Shown: positions 23,601 through 38,200 of the stretch, piece by piece
Position numbering within the stretch: position 1 is the stretch's first letter
Layout of the letters: each line of letters begins with the position of its first letter
Assembly (NCBI GenBank): GCA_965178125.1
Contig: OZ237746.1
Coordinates: 434,001-498,000, forward strand
Length of the DNA: 64,000 nucleotides
Direction of reading: 5' to 3'
Source of the DNA: Bilabrum cf. latius
Lineage: Eukaryota
The notes under the pieces: model-generated
What the model was told of the DNA's origin: nothing
The model's input: the letters and a program-made list of their open reading frames with translations, nothing else
The model's database searches: none
Program-made: the position numbers and the translations under genes

Positions 23601-26600
23601 TTCAGCCTGTCGCTCGCTCGCCTGGAGGCATCAGCATGCCTGCCCTGCCTGCCAACCTGCGGTGCGTGAACCACGCCGCTACCCTGTGCCTCGGAATCAC
23701 CATCGCCGGCGGTGCGGCGGCTGCCCCAAGCCATCTGTTCAGGCGGAAGGGCAGCTCCTGGACTCGGCCTCGGCACGCTTGCATCCGTGCGGATCCCGGG
23801 GACGCTCGGCTGCTGCAGCTGCAGCAGGGTAGCTGCATCGAAGCCTCGGGCGGCTGCTGCAGCCCTCTCGTCCTCGTCTGGGTGCATGGGGGACGGTGAG
23901 AACCTGTCCGGCACTTTCGGCCCGTCGACTGCGTTGCGCACAGATGCAGCCGATGCCTTGCCGGAGGATTTGTGCCTCGGGTACTGAGGTAAGCGCCCTG
24001 GACCCGGGGACAGCGACACCTCCCTTGCCCTCTGCCTCTCCCTGCTTGCCAGCCTGCGGAGGTCCTCGGCGTCCTTCACCAGCTGTTTCTCAAACATGGG
24101 CGGCAGGGAACCTGCAGAGGACTGCTCGAGCCCACCACCGGAAGGTCCCCGGAGATGATCTTCTCCATCCGCGGTAAGGTCCGTCAGATCCTCATCGCCG
24201 TCCTCTGCCCTGCGGCTCTGCCTCTGGCCAGATTCGGTTAGGGTGACGTGGGGAGCGATCCTGGCGCTACGCTAGCAAGCCGATAGGTCTGCCGGGTCTT
24301 CCCCCATTGCGAATCGAACGTGCGAATCAGCCTTCGATGCGACAGACGTCCGCCCATCGCCGGTCAAAAACGATCCATCGGGGCTCTCAGGCACCTCGGT
24401 CGGCATGGCAGGCCCAACCTCGGGACTGTGGCTGCTGCTCGTATCATTAGACCTGTGCTATGAACGTCTACCGCTGGCTACGGATGGGGACCGCAGCGCC
24501 GATCTAGAGGGTGACACGAGCCTGTGTCGGGGCAGGGCGCGGTCACTGGGCGAGACCAGCCCGGGTGCGGCGAGGGCCGCCACGGCGTCACCCGGGGAGG
24601 GATGGGTGTCGACCCCAGGGGGGGGACGCTGGGCCTATGGCTCCCCTGATGCTTGATTCTCATTGCTGGCATGCGCCGTGCGTTGGTTGGAAGCATGGCC
24701 ACCACCTGGCAAATATGAGGATGGATCATTGCCAGGCACCGCTGCCTACTGCGCCGATCCTATCTGCTAGTTGCGGGCAGATCGCCGCTGCTCTGCCTGA
24801 TTTCTCTGCCTCTGCTGCTCTCTCTACGTTTTTGATCGCCTGGTCACCTCGATCCCCAGCTGTGGTGTGGCCTCACCGGATGCCGCTCCCGGCCGGTTCG
24901 GTGTCTGCAATCCTTGGGACAGCACGCCACCGCGAGCACTTCCCGTTCTGGTCTTGATGCGAACGGGCGATGGCGAAAATTCCTTGCGAGAGTGCCCACC
25001 TTGTGCGAGCGCGGGCCGATTCTCTACGCCACTTGTCAGAACAGGTGCGCTGGGGTCCATGGCAAACTCGAGCATGCGCTGCCTGTCTGGATCGAGCTGG
25101 GTCAGCGACTCGATCACAGCCCCTGCTCTCTGCGAGATCGTGCCCCGCAGCACCGCGTCGTTCGCAAGCCTCCGGGCTCCTTTCGCGATCCTAGATTTCT
25201 TCTTGGTGGTTCGCCCTCTAGCACGCCCCGTAGCCCCCTCGTGGCTCTTGGCGGCCAGGGCTGGCGCAGCTCGGAGGTGGGTGCTCCCACCGGGCCTGCT
25301 ACCACCCGCCTGTAGTTGCTGTCGTTTTCGCCTGGCATCCCGGGCGCGCCTTCGCTGCCGTTCGCGAAGCACGTTTAGCTGCTTTTCATCATATCCAAAC
25401 AAACGCACGCTCCCGTCAGTCATGCTCGCCGGCAGGGGCTGGGAGGGCGAGGCAGCTCGTGATGGAATCACGGAAGAAGCCACGGATGACGGTTGAGAGC
25501 TGGCCCTGGACGCGGTATGGTTGCCGCGCGGGGATGAAGATTTGCGGTCATCTTCGGGCAGGTGCAATCTGCTGCCATCTGGCTGCATGTTCGGTACATT
25601 TGCATCGTCCTACTGAAATTGCTTCAAGCTCCCGGGGGACTTGTTATCGCCCCTCACCTCCGCCAGCTTCATTTGTGACTTCTTTCGCTTCTTTCTGGCT
25701 CCAGGTGGCGCTTTCTTGGCAGTTCGTTTGCCCCTGGCTGCCTTACTTGAAGCTGGGGATTGCCCGGCACGCACCACCCGCCGAATGGGCGTCTGTTCTT
25801 GCTTTGATATGCCGGCCTGGCGGTCACCAGACGATGCGCCGGTTTTGGTGGCCGCGGCTGCATCAATGTGCTCGTGGATCGACTCCCTGGCCAGAGATGC
25901 AACGGGTACAGCGGCGAAGACATCGCGAGGAGGACCATCCGTTGCAACTGATGTGCCTGCTTCAGCGCCAGCCGGCACGATCGGCGGAAGCTCGGCGCTG
26001 CCTTTTGCAGCCTTGCTCGTCTACTTCTTCTTCCTTCCGGCACCACGACTTTTGGTAGAGCGACTGCCTGGTCTGCGACGGCCCCGGCTTCCCTGCGAGG
26101 AGCCGGGATCCAGCGCTGCGGGTGATCCAGCCGGTCTAGAGCGGGGCCTCGACCCGCCCCTGCTTCGCCCTCGCTTCCCTATCCGTGTGCTGCTCTGGCT
26201 CCGTGGTCGGGCGCTTCCCGAGGTGCCAGGTCTAGAGGGGCTGGCCAGGCCGCGCGCGAAAAGTTCAGACTCTGTGCGGCGAGCAGCAAGGGATGGATCC
26301 AGGAGTGAGTCGGCTGCCTGGGCCACTCGGTGGGGCGTGTCGCCTTGCATGGCGAAAGGGTTGAACGGCGGGTCGTCACCGCGCCCGATGGATCGCAGTC
26401 GGAGCGCTTCGCAATCTGCCTGCAGGACAGCAGTTGCCTGCGAGACTCGTTTCTGCTCTAGAACCGTGATGACCTTGCTGTTGCCAAGTGCAGTCAGCAC
26501 GGCTGCTTTCTGAAGTCCCAGGGCGGCCGCACCAGTTGGGTCTGCGAGGTCAATGGCCAGCCCACGACTACCACGGACAGAGTTGCCTGGAGCCTGAGGA

Positions 26601-28799
26601 GAACGTCCAACAAGGGCATTGGACTGTGGCAAGCTACCGGACGAGTACTTCCCGGGCGAGTTGCTTGGTGACCTTGGCAGACTCGCTGGCAAATCGAAGG
26701 GCCGGGATACCAGCGCCCTCGCTGCCTTGCGATCCGCGATCGTGGCCATCTCTGCTCTTGGGGGCAGCGCGCCGCGCGCGTCAAACGCCCTAAGTTCTGC
26801 GAGCAATGTCGACTGCACTTGTTCCCTAGCTGATGCCTCCGCAGCTGATCCTCCCGAAGTACCAGCAGGTGGACCTGCTCGGTCGTTCGAGGCCAGGTTG
26901 GTGGGTGTTAGCAGCGGGTTGCAGACCATGTGGAAGGCAGCGATTCCGAAAGCTTCGCACAGCAAGGCGCTTCCAGCCACCGGGTCGAGGTCATGCAGCA
27001 TGGACTCGACGTAGTCCCTGCCCTACCACATGAACGGGAGGTATGACGGCAACAGGGAAGGCCGGCCCTTCCATGGCCTCTCCGGATCATTCATTGAAAT
27101 CGACCCTTTGCCAGCTGCTGCGCCAACTGCAGCCCATGGTTTGAGCTTGTCCACCGTAGAGACTAACACAGCCCCAACGCTCCTATCCCCACTACCATCG
27201 CCTTGGGTTTCACTGCTGATGCTCTCAGCTTCCTTCCAACTGGCATGAAGTGCGCCGCCAGGCTCCATATCTGCCAGCACCGCCTCTTTGCACCTGCAAG
27301 CCACCCGCCAGGCTGCAATTGACTCGATCAGCCGCACACCAGACATTCTGAGATCATACGCAAGCTTGGAAGCCTGCTTTCGGGCAGTTCCAGCCAGTGG
27401 CACAGTGGGATCCCTGTCCCTGAGCCCGCGCACCATGCCCATCATGCCTCGTTTCTGCTCTTCCCTAGTCATGATCCGGTCAAGCACTGCGATTTCCAGC
27501 GCAGCGACGGCGTCCGTCTAGCTGCAAGATAGAAGAAAAATAGTAAGAGGCGAAGTATCTTGTTTGTGTGTGTGACGCGGTCGATTGGGGAGTAAGCAGG
27601 TTTGGCCGAAGGTAGGAGCCTCCGCATCAACCGCAACTGCGCTCTAGTACTCACCCGCCGAGACTGGTCATCAGATGAGACACGCTCGCCGCTGCATCGA
27701 TAGCAGAACTATCCACTGATGGTGCGGTGGATTCAACCTGCTTCTCCTCTGCATCTGCCCCTGCACCTGCCCCAGCATCGGCTGGCTGCTCGTGCTTCTC
27801 CTCTGCATCTGCCCCTGCACCTGCCCCAGCATCGGCTGGCTGCTCGTGCTTCTCCTCTGCATCACTTGCCCCTGCACTTGCCCCTGCATCGGCTGGCTGC
27901 TCGTGCTTCTCCTCTGCATCTGCCCCTGCCCCTGCATCGGCTGGCTGCTCGTGCTTCTCCTCTGCATCTGCCCCTGCACCTGCCCCTGCATCGGCTGGCT
28001 GCTCGTGCTTCTCCTCTGCATCACTTGCCCCTGCATCGGCTGACTGCTCGTGCTTCTCCTCTGCATCTGCCCCTGCCCCTGCCCCTGCATCGGCTGGCTG
28101 CTCGTGCTTCTCCTCTGCATCTGCCCCTGCACCTGCCCCAGCATCGGCTGGCTGCTCGTGCTTCTCCTCTGCATCACTTGCCCCTGCATCGGCTGGCTGC
28201 TCGTGCTTCTCCTCTGCATCTGCCCCTGTCCCTGCCCCAGCATCGGCTGGCTGCTCGTGCTTCTCCTCTGCATCACTTGCCCCTGCATCGGCTGGCTGCT
28301 CGTGCTTCTCCTCTGCATCTGCCCCTGTCCCTGCCCCTGCATCGGCTGGCTGCTCGTGCTTCTCCTCTGCATCACTTGCCCCTGCATCGGCTGGCTGCTC
28401 GTGCTTCTCCTCTGCATCTGCCCCTGTCCCTGCCCCTGCATCGGCTGGCTGCTCGTGCTTCTCCTCTGCATCTGCCCCTGCCCCTGCCCCAGCATCGGCT
28501 GGCTGCTCGTGCTTCTTGGCATCTTCCTCGGAGTCTGCAACGGCTGGCTTCGTCTCGGCCGGATCTGTTCGCAATATTTGGCTTGCGGCACTACTCTTAA
28601 TCTCATCATAACTCTTTTGAGACTCTGAATCACCTGTTTCAATTGCACGACCCTAATTACTGTCCGCCTGGGATTGACCAGACTCCTATGGACTACCTGT
28701 TCCGATTGTCGCAGCACGCAGTTGCTGCACTATATTGGAACTTTCAGCGACAGTACCTGTACTGGCTTGGTCTACACAAATTGGCTATGATCGTTCCAT
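20666..28799 (-). CDS. Large low-complexity unknown protein (~2,670 aa, TAG=Gln; intron 27654-27522)
   Basis: Nine ORF fragments (21017-27487) share one frame with only TAG breaks and end at TGA 20666-20668. A phase-2 intron GTGAGT...TTGCAG links them to the repeat exon starting at ATG 28799. One globular-looking block LRMSGVRLIESIAAWR...PFMW(Q)GRDYVESMLHDLD. Confidence 0.7.
27738..28520 (-). repeat. Coding tandem repeat, about 15 units of 45-57 bp (EEKHEQPADAGA[GAGA/GTGA/S]DA)
   Basis: Directly visible; all unit lengths are multiples of 3. Confidence 0.95.
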
Positions 28800-29280
28800 G
28801 TTCGTGACAACGGCTAGGTGACTAGCCAGAGGGCCGCCTCTTCCTACGCCAGTGGCAAAGTATCCGACCTGAAACTGGTTTGATGAACGAAAACCCCCAG
28901 TACTAGATCAGAATATACAGGACTTGAAGACCATTTTCAAGAGATGTTGCAACAGGAAGCTCTGCATAGTCGTGCAAATATTTCGGACCAGAATAGCTCG
29001 TTACCCCAGTCCAACAAAAATCCGATATTCCAATTAGTTTGCATTAATTGTTTGCCCTCAACAAGCAATACCGCTCTATGTGAGACTGTGAAGCATCAAT
29101 GTCAATCATAGATCCATCTCGGACGAGCATCATGTGAAACTAGGGCATACCATTCATGTGCACCATGTTTTATCTGAACAGCTTCGGTTGTTGCCTTTCA
29201 TTTAGTCTTTCGCGGTAGATTAAGCTACAATACACCGATTTGGGCCGCCAATCTATTTCATGCAATACTAATCCTGAACT
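28800..29280. promoter_or_regulatory. AT-richer divergent intergenic region (probable bidirectional promoter)
   Basis: About 480 bp between head-to-head predicted ATGs at 28799 (-) and 29281 (+), visibly lower in GC. No specific motif identified. Confidence 0.35.
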
Positions 29281-32200
29281 ATGATCGCAGATTCTGATTT
29301 GGTGCAAAGGATGCAGTAGTGCGTCTCTTCGCCTCCTCCACAGCTCCTGTATGAAGCTGTTGGTCACAGAATTGACGTAAGGTATCACACTTGAACCGAA
29401 GTTTAGTATTAATGTATCCCCACAACAGAATTGGTTGCCCCTCTTATATTCCCACTGCTTCTGCAGTTTGCGCTTTGCGATCCTGAAGATGATGATTCAA
29501 ATCATGGATCGCCTGGTAGGAGTGCACCTCAATCTGGGCTGTAGCTTGCTGATGAGTTGCAGGACTGCTTAGTAACAGCCCAAATGCACAGTGAAGCTCT
29601 CCGCCGCCTTGAAAGCTCAGCTCCCCGCCGCAACCGTTCCGCGAAGCAGACGGACGCAGTTTGGGACTGGTCCTCTGGCAGGATTGTAGGCGTGCTACAG
29701 GGCCAGTGGGTCGTTCGAGTGCACGAGGAAGGGGAGGAATCCATTGCAAACGGTACAGGTGGTATGTCGGCCTCGCACTCGGTAGAGGAACCCGCCCTGC
29801 CGAGGGACCGACCTGAGGGCATGCTTGTTCTGCTTTCGCCGTAGAGGCACCTATGGGTTCTCTCCAGGTCGCTGGTGTGGGGCAGGGAACCGAACGTTCC
29901 TTGGCACCCGTGCTGTACCCTGGTATCTGCTCCTTGCAGATAGGTGAAAGGACGCAATCTGCCGCCTGCACGGCTTGATGTCCGTGGTGTTGCCTCCGCG
30001 CAAGATGCTACTGCACCTACTGCAGCCAGTGCTCCCTCGCCATAGGCAGCTGCTGGCGATAGGGGTACTGATCCATTGCGAGTATCAGCCAGCATTGGTA
30101 GATCATCACGAACCAGCTTTACCATGTTTAAGAGGCGTCTTAGTGTGCTGGAGCCAGCTCCAGTAGGCAGCGATGGCCAGCCCATCCGACCGGAGCCACA
30201 CGAATTGGTGCAGCCGGCCACTCGCAATTGGAGTAGGTCACGGGTAGAGCTCCGGTACCTCGTAACGGATGAAGTTGCTTTCGTTCCAGGCTCCAGTATC
30301 CGACCACTGACCCACACGCCGGCGGAGTGCACCAATCCGAGCGATCAGGTAAGGTACGCCCTGGATGTAGCACTGGCAGAGGCTGGTAGAATACGGAGGA
30401 CGAGGAGAAGGTGGCTCGGTAGCCTGCCACCAGCCTCACTGAAGGCGCCCAGTAGCGGAATGGCACACCTTCAAGCTTGGGATTACGCTGCGCGGGTGCA
30501 CGGAGGGGTGGAGCACTGTATTGGAGAGGGAATTCAAGCTCCATCTCACCCACCGAAGCCGAGCAGCAGTTCCTCTGAAACTACCCCAGCTATTGTTTCC
30601 GCTGCATCGTCGCCATCGACGACTGCTGCATAGACTGCACCCCCAAAGTCCTCTTTGCTAAGTCTGGCCAAGCCCACTTCGGCGCCTTTCTCGAGAGGGT
30701 CGGGGGCAGCATCTGGAGCATCGTCTGGGTCTGGGTCTGGGTCAGGGTCACCAGTTCGATAGTCAAGTGATTCGCCCAAACGAGGAGTGAAGCGACGGAG
30801 GAGCCAAGCTCTTGACAAGTCAACGGCTAAAGATGCGCTTGAATTCCCTCTGCCGCCGGCTTTTGGCGAATCTATGCAGCGGCGGACGGGCAGGTCTATG
30901 TGCGGGAGCTGGTGCTGGCTCGTGACTGACGGTGACTCGGGTGCTGGGCCTCTGTCACTGGAGCTGGCAGCGGTTCTACGCTTTCATGCCACCACCGGTC
31001 TGCACCTAGTCCGACTGCCAGGCGTATGCCTGACCCGCGTGGACGCGGACCGGAACACAGCGAACAATTCGGAGACTAACTGGAAGCTTGTGCTTGTGCG
31101 AAGAGCACCGAGGCATGGGATTCACGGCAGTGGTTCTCTGCAATAGCACAAGCAGGAGCTGGCATGGCTACCGCTGGCCTGCTTCGAGCCTAGACATTCA
31201 CAGGAAAGGTTGATCGCAAACGCACTGAGCTAGGCATGCTATGCATCTGTACTCGATCCCTGCGCTGAGGCAGTTGCCATATCGCTGTCCACGGTGCGGC
31301 TCCCGCGGCAGCTGCAGCCGGCGGAGAGCGTCGCATCCATAGTCTCTATGATTTCACTCCTTGGGCTAGGGGCACACACCGCTGGCCCGCTGTCACAGAG
31401 CAGGAGGTGGACGCCGTGGCTGCTGCCGTCCACTTGGAGACTGCCTACACCTGACCATCTGGCCCGTCTGAGATCGATTGTGAGTCCTGCTGTTTCTTAC
31501 GGTGGGTCGCGTAGCGATGATGTGCGTGATTTAGGGATCGGGGCTATTGTGGAGGTCGTGCTGGCTGGCTGCAATGGGAGTATGCAAATCATCAAGAACG
31601 AGTCAGGATCTAGCGCGTCGAATGTGGCGCCAGCAGACGATGCAACGGACAGTTCAATCCACAGCTGGCACACGGCCAGACAAGCAGCAGCAAAGTAGGC
31701 GTTGTCATCTGCCTGCCGAGCAGCCATGGACGGCTGGTGGCAGCCCCCTCCCGTGTCACAGGAGGAACACCAAAAGTCAGGCTCTGCGGGATTGAGCAGC
31801 CCGCAAGTCCCCCTTGCGCTACCCAAAGGCACCGCGCTTCCACGCATGCGTGTGGCAGTGGATGGGATCGGGAGCCTCTTTGGACCAGACATCCCCAGTA
31901 GTGCCTGCAACGTGAGTGGCGCTGTGCCTGCGTGGGCGGCAGGCGCAGCGCAAGACTCCTTCCATGCTGACGTTTTGCAGCGAATTGCGATCGCATACAG
32001 CGCCCCAGCTGCTGCGGCCACGCTGGTGGTGGAGGACCCTTGGTGGTACGTGCAGGCACCCGCCGATGAAATGTACAGCAGCGCCAAGGTGAAGGACAAG
32101 CGAGGGCTGGAAGAGCTGTATGGGGCGTATTCCGACACACCTGTGCCGGATCAGTTTCCCCTATACCATGCAGCGGATACCTCCAGCCACGCATCGACTG

Positions 32201-35200
32201 GGGCTGGTAGCAGAGCGAAAGCTAGGGGTAGATAGGACGATGTCCCGGCTTGGACAACTGCTGCTGCAGTCATCACCGAGCACGTCGCTTCAGAGGAATA
32301 GCAGCGCGTGCCAGCGCTGCCCCTTCGATGCGCCAGATGTTGCGTCTCTGTGTGGCCCGCAGTATTAGACGCGGGCGCAGAGGCGGTGTGGGTCAGCGAC
32401 ACCACAGACTGCCCTGGCGCGTCTCTGCAGCCTGTGTTTGTAGGGGCAGACTCCACCCCGCTACTTGCCAGGGAGAGGGAGGATGAGGAAACGGGTCGGA
32501 AAGATCCAACCGATGGCAGCCAAGTGGGCGATCACTCGAAGCACCCGGCAGGATGGCAGATCGGGGCTTCACTCTCAGCAGAAGTCTCAGCATGCCAAGC
32601 AGGTCCTCCTCAAGGCATGAGCTCAGGCCATGCCCGAGCCAGGGAACCGCCCATTGGAAGCGAATCTGCCGCGAGTGTCTTGCCAAACCTTGCTGCCGAT
32701 GAGTCGGAGCCAGGCCAACCGCCTAACAAGAAATCAAGGGTAGCAGCAACTGAGTCAAATGCTGTGCCAAGCCACCCTGACGTTTGGGACACCGAGAAGC
32801 CACCCGTCCCACCGGTTTGTACGCCCGCCATCGTCTCACCCTATGCCGCTGAGCTGCAGCTAAGGAGGGCAATGGCTCGCACAGGCCGGAAGAACTAGCT
32901 GTTGCGCCAAGCAGTCTCGGATGGAGGTGCTGGTGCAGCCTTTACAGCAGCAACGATCGAGTCTTAGCTTCCCGGTGTAGGGGAAGCTGCAGCGACGGCG
33001 CAACTCCTCTCCATGGGCAGGGCCAAAGAGGCCCTACGGTACATCACCAAGTCCCACAGCGTGCTCTCGGGTATCCCGCTTGGGATGTCCGCATCGGCCG
33101 CTGCTGCGCCAGATCCAGGTACTTCTGCTGGTGGTCTTTTCTCTCCTCTACGGCGGGCAATTCGGGCTGCAGTGAGCCAAAGCAACGCCGCCATATCATT
33201 GGATGGGTAGTCTGGAGCTGTGGCAGAATCAATCGGCAGCACGGGCACCGGCGCGTCATCCCCAGGAAACGTCGCCGATGCTACCGATCATATCGGCGAC
33301 CAGCTGTGCGAGGACAGGGTCTACGACCGCCACGATGACATTGCAGTCATGTAGAGCGTCTCGTAGTGGAGGTACTAGATGTCCTAGTACGCGGGGACGG
33401 GTGAACCGTCTGTCTCGGTCGAGCAGCACGCCGCCGCTGCCCTCACGTCCTCGAATCCATCGTCCTCGCCCATTGCGGCCGACTCACCCAAAGCCCGATC
33501 TGGCTCCGGCCCAAAGGCAGGCCCGCGTCTGTCTCAAGATAGTTCTGGGAGTTCCCAGTAGACTGGGTCGGGATCTGAGTTCCGGTCCAAGCCAGATCCT
33601 ATGGTCTAGCTCCACTAGCAGGCAGCTGCAGGGCTGCCCCCTGCACCCTTCTTGCCCGGTCCACAGGGCCAGGCAGCGCTGTAGTGGGCTTCGTGTGCCC
33701 TAGCAGAGCAGGCCAACGCCGTGCTATCGGGAAACCAGGCTTCAGGGTTAGTTGCCCGTGCAGGACATGGGCAAAGCGGTAAGTCAAAAGTCGCCCAGCC
33801 CGTCGGACTGCTTCCTCGCCTAGCCGCAGAGCGGGTGGTGAGCAGCAGCACGATACATGCTCATCATTTCGGCTCTGCTGTTCCTCATGACGCTGTTGCG
33901 AGTGCGTTTGAGGCCGCCCTCGGGTCACCTTCCATAGCCGGAGTGCTTCCCTCTGAAGGGGCCCTGCAGGCACCCCCTGTGAACAACGGCGACTCTATCG
34001 CTGCCAGGTCGGAGCACCACCGTTCAATGCGACTAGACACTTCATCTCCGCTGTTCCCTCGCCCGGGAAGCTGGTTTCTCGTGGCTCTGGAGGACGGCTC
34101 GCTGGTGTCACCAGGGTGGCGTGGTTGGGATCTGGGCGTGCCTTACCCGCCGCGCTCTTCGGGGCAGCCGGCGAGGGGCCCACGTGCCGTTGCTCTGGTT
34201 ACTGGTTGGATGTGCGACGCTTGCGTGCGATGTGGTGCGTGCGGTGGGCGTGTGAACGGCGAGGCCTAGGCCGAAGACTTTGAGATGGAAGAGGGGAGCG
34301 AGGACCGCGTGGGCGAACCGGGTATGGAGGACGTAGTTGAGCGTGAAGCGGTTTTGCACGCCGCTGATTCTACGGGAGTGTCGAGTACTACGAGTGCCAC
34401 GAGTGACGAAGATACGGACGGCGGCAAAATCATAGACATCTCATCATAGTTCGGCAGCCAGGACACCAGTGGCGTGGTTGGTGGCCGGGTGGCCAGCTCA
34501 GGTGCAGGGTCTGGAGGCTCGGCTGGTCCCCTCCCCGAGAGGCAGGGTCAAGATTTAGTGCGACGCTCAGGTTCGACAGCAAGTTCTGGCGCGGAGCCCA
34601 ACGGTGCGCTTGAATCAAGCCCTGCTGCTGCAGCAGATGCCAAGGTTGCGGGACACGCAGGACAGGTGCCAATGCAGGCAGACAGCAGTAGTGTCATTGA
34701 TTTGCTTACCCAGAGCTCCAGTGCTAGCTCTATGCTGGACGGCAGCACGGGAATGACAAACGCCCTGGGTGAATCAGGCATACAAGACGTCTCATCGCAG
34801 CAAAGCATGCAGCAAACAGGCCTCGAAGATGGCAGAGCTGCTGCAGCAGCGCAGAGCGATTTCGACTCCAAGGCAGCGGAAGAACGAAGACGGAAGGACC
34901 GAAAAGAGAAGTTTTTGCACGACAAAGTGAAGGCAGCAACCGCTATCAGCCGTGCCCAGCTTGGCGGAGCTCGCGCTTCTGTGCCCCTGTGGCAGTTCGC
35001 CATTCATTTCCCGCCGGTCACCCGAGCACCACCGACTGGAGCTGCAGACTCTGGCGAGGGGCAGGACTGGGGCTACGTGGACTTTGAAGAAGAGGAGGAG
35101 ACCCCTATCGACTTGACTGTAGCGCAGTCAGGGCACACATCAGTTACTCCGGAGGCGCTAAAATCGTCCCACATTGCTATGGTGCTAGCCTCGGCTGGCG

Positions 35201-38200
35201 GAAACCTCGGTCGACGCATGCGCTAGCTGCTGGCGAGTGGGGCGTCCCCCCGACTCGCAGGTGCCGCTGTGGTGTGGGCGGGCAAGCTGAGGCCTTCTGT
35301 GCAGGGTGGGGGCAGCGAGGCTGAGGCGGCTCTTAGGGCTTGCGCCCAGGTCTGGAACAGGACCATCATGCCGGACCCCAACGAATTCGAAAAGGCATCC
35401 GAAGCCATGGCGGCTTACTCCATTCAGCAGCTCACGCAAGCATGGGAGCTGCTGGTGCACCCGTTGTCTGCCGGGCAGGAACCGCTGCCTGACATGCGAG
35501 AGCTTGCGGCACGGGCCTGCCAGATCCTTGAAGTGGACCCAGGTGACAAGCTAGCGCTCGCTCCGTGGAAGATGCCGCCTCCGCCCAAGGGTAGGGCTGT
35601 GACGCAGTCCAAGGAGCTCACCGCAGAGATAGCGCTCAGCATTCTGAATACGGCTGCTGCTGGTCGGGCTGCAGGTGCGATGGTAATGGGGCTGCTGGCA
35701 GCGTGGAACCAGAGCCAGTCAAAGCACGACAGGGTTGTGCGCGCGGCAAGCCTGGTGGGATTTCTGCGGGGCGGAATACGAGGACTGTATCGTTTGGAGA
35801 AGGCGCACTCATCAGGCTTGCACGAACTGCTGGTTCCTAGCATACCACAAAAGACATCGGGCAGTGCCTCATCCAAATCCTCGAGCAAAGGCAAAAAGGG
35901 CAGCAACAGCAAGGGAAAGAAGGCCTCACTTAGCAGCGCAGCATCAGCGCTGCTTCAAGGCAATTTCGGAGAGAACACATGGTCAAGTAGGGCCCAAGAT
36001 GCTCGTAGGACGCATGTACTGAATGCCATTAGCTCATGTGTCCGCTCCCGGGAGGCACGCAAAGCTCACAAAATGGTCGAAACTGGAACTGTGGCGTCCG
36101 CGTACGTGCCGTCTGGTTACATGCTGTGGGCAAGGCGGTGCGGAGCGAGTGTAATAGGTGACAATCACGAACTGGGATCTCACTGCGCTGGGTCGTGGGC
36201 GGCCTCATGGGGAACAGCTAGCGCCCTCGAGACGGCTGACCTGAAGGACGCGCTGAAGGCACCCCACCGAAGCGTGGGAGAACAGCTTGCATTTGCTGCA
36301 AGGCTTGCTAGCTGTCAAGCATCCGTAGACGCAAAGAATCATGTAGCTCTAGTATCTGACGGCCAGGGATAGTCGACTTGCAGCTTTGGATCTCATGCAG
36401 AATCTGGGCTAGGGTCACGAGCCGACCCCGCCGGATTCCTGGCAGCAGCATCCACCGCGCCCACGCTAACACCTTGGTTGGCTGGAGGCAGTTCTCCACA
36501 GCCCATCGTGTGCGCGGTTGCTGGCAGTAGTGACAGCTCTGAACCGAGGGGGAGCGCATCGGCGTCCCCTGGTAAGGCCAAGCGTCGCGATTACCACCGG
36601 CGCGATGACGACTTGTCTTGGTGGGAGCCTTCGTTTGTGGTAGTCCTCGGCGCAGCGCAGTACGAGCCGGAGTCTGTGGCGCCACAAGTAACTGCAGCTG
36701 CAAAATCATCTGCAGATCCCGCAGTGCTGCAGTAGCTGGCTGGGGGCCAGTATCTATAGCCAATGTCTGCCCCAGCTGGCGTGCTGTCTACCCGCCCGCA
36801 CGCATCATCGATGCCTAGGTGTGTCGGTGCATGCGAGTCTTGCATGCCTAAATTAGCCAGCGGGGACTTCTGTCCCTTGTCTCTTTAGACGTTTGATGCC
36901 ACTACGATCGGGATGATCCAGTGCGACACGTGCGACAGCTGGTTGTACGCAGGCGCAAACGGCATGTCGGAGGAAGAGACTAGCTTGTTTCTCAAGGGAG
37001 TGCACCCTGCGTCCGGCTCTGCGTTCGTTTGCTCGCCATGCCGCGCCGCATTGATGGCCAAGAGCATTCAGCTTGTTCTAGCCGCCGATAAGGCCGGCGC
37101 CTTCCATCTTCCGATCGACGAGGACGTTGCGCCGGGCTACTTGCGGGTGGTCAGGCGCCCGATGGACCTGTCGACGATCGCCGCTGGGTTCGCATCTGGA
37201 TCGTATGTAGGGATTTGGGGCCCACAGCGGCTGAGGCAGGACGTTGAACAGGTGTTTGTGAACGCAATGGTGTTCAATGAAGCCGGTGACACGCTGTGGA
37301 AAGACGCTGCCAGACTGCTGGCTGCCTCAGCGCACGTGTTCGATCGCTGGCTTCCGTGGACGCACGTCAGCCGCGACACGTTGAAGCAGTGCTCGCCCAG
37401 GATAAACGCAGCAGTGCGCGGCAAGCTGTTCTCGCCGAACTATCCGCTGTCATCGCAAAGCAAGCGCAATTTACAACCGGCCAGCGCTGCCCAGGGGCTG
37501 GCGCAGGACCGTCGCGTGGGGCTGTACAAGCTCGCTAGCTGCCTACCCGGCGCCCAGTACATAGCTGGCAGGAGGTTAGCAGTGCTGTGGCAGCACGAGC
37601 CGCCCATGAGCATGTCAAAAGCGGAAGCAGATGCAGAAGAGGAGACGCTCCTGCTCATCAAGCAGAGAGAGGAGGAAGAGATGGAGGCGGAAGCGAAGCG
37701 GCTGGAAGCTGAGGCGCAGGCCGCCATGGTAGACGACGGCGATGACCTGGACGAATCTCTGCTTGGAGGTAGTGATACTGGGGGCACGAATGAGAAGGGC
37801 TCGGGCATGAGGCGTTCCGCTGCATCGAGTGGCTTGGCGGGCCACGATGCATACGACGATGAGGGCCCAGCAGGGGATGGTGTGGTCATGGTGGCCGGCG
37901 CAACTTCCGAAGCGGGTATTCGTGGTCAAGGCGCCCTGAAGAGCGGTGCCAGGCTGATATCAGTCCCAACCGTGTTCGGACAGCACGTGCGTGCGCGTGC
38001 AGAGGTTCTTGATTCTTGTACAAGCGTGGTGCCGGCCGCAGCAGCCCCGTGGCTGGCAGGCATCGACATGTGTGCGAGATGCGGATCTTTGGGCGACAGA
38101 CAGGATCTGGTGTGCTGTGCGCAATGCGGCCAGTCTGCCCATCTCGCCTGCCTCAAGGGCGATGAGGAGTCTTTTTTCCAAAGATTGAAGCGTACCAAGA

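Noticed and set aside
27738-28520. CRISPR array (also considered for 4283-4546)
   Set aside because: No unique spacers, units are in-frame coding repeats, and no cas genes are present.
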